A DNA stretch of 63,491 nt, the filler included, from Octopus bimaculoides (lineage: Eukaryota), in NCBI RefSeq assembly GCF_001194135.2. It is 5 parts of 3 records of this genome, joined end to end, with 100 filler letters (N's around TTAATTAATTAA, not from the genome) between each part and the next. Parts side by side here need not be neighbours in the genome. Positions count along the whole stretch, not along the records: positions 61,558 to 63,491 come from NC_068982.1; 4 more parts are not named here. One strand, given 5' to 3'. The notes under the pieces were generated by a model. That model saw nothing but the letters and a program-made list of their open reading frames with translations. It was not told the DNA's origin and did no database searches. The position numbers and the translations under genes were made by a program. Each line of letters opens with the position of its first letter. The first letter of the stretch is position 1. Below, in pieces: positions 63,460-63,491 of the stretch.

Positions 63460-63491
<32 letters not shown>

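Overview
This is eukaryotic, repeat-saturated DNA with no confidently identifiable host protein-coding gene, rRNA, true tRNA or CRISPR array. Almost all long ORFs in the supplied track are translations of microsatellites or N-gaps. The tRNA-derived SINE families, extreme microsatellite density and assembly style point to an octopus/coleoid cephalopod intergenic or intronic region (inference). Contents: (1) dozens of copies of three tRNA-headed SINE families, called A, B and C here; (2) decayed non-LTR retrotransposons of the R4/Dong-like, L1/Tx1-like and RTE-like types; (3) DNA transposon relics, namely an internally deleted Academ-like element with intact TIRs and a 3-bp TSD (13255-15726), a Merlin-like element with an 8-bp TSD inside a SINE (23006-23708), mariner, maT-like and pogo/Tigger-like copies, and unclassified TIR or palindromic elements. 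The most interesting signal is a dispersed set of minimal type-I hammerhead-ribozyme-like motifs with palindromic helix III and non-canonical cores, some next to long fold-back inverted repeats, consistent with Penelope-like pseudo-LTRs or retrozymes. Other notable items are a 59-bp exact inverted templated insertion in a SINE, modular head/tail swapping among SINEs including a tail resembling a Tx1-like LINE 3' end, and repeated placement of R4-like elements and SINE B at (TAA)n. All alignments and translations were done by eye, so most boundaries are approximate.
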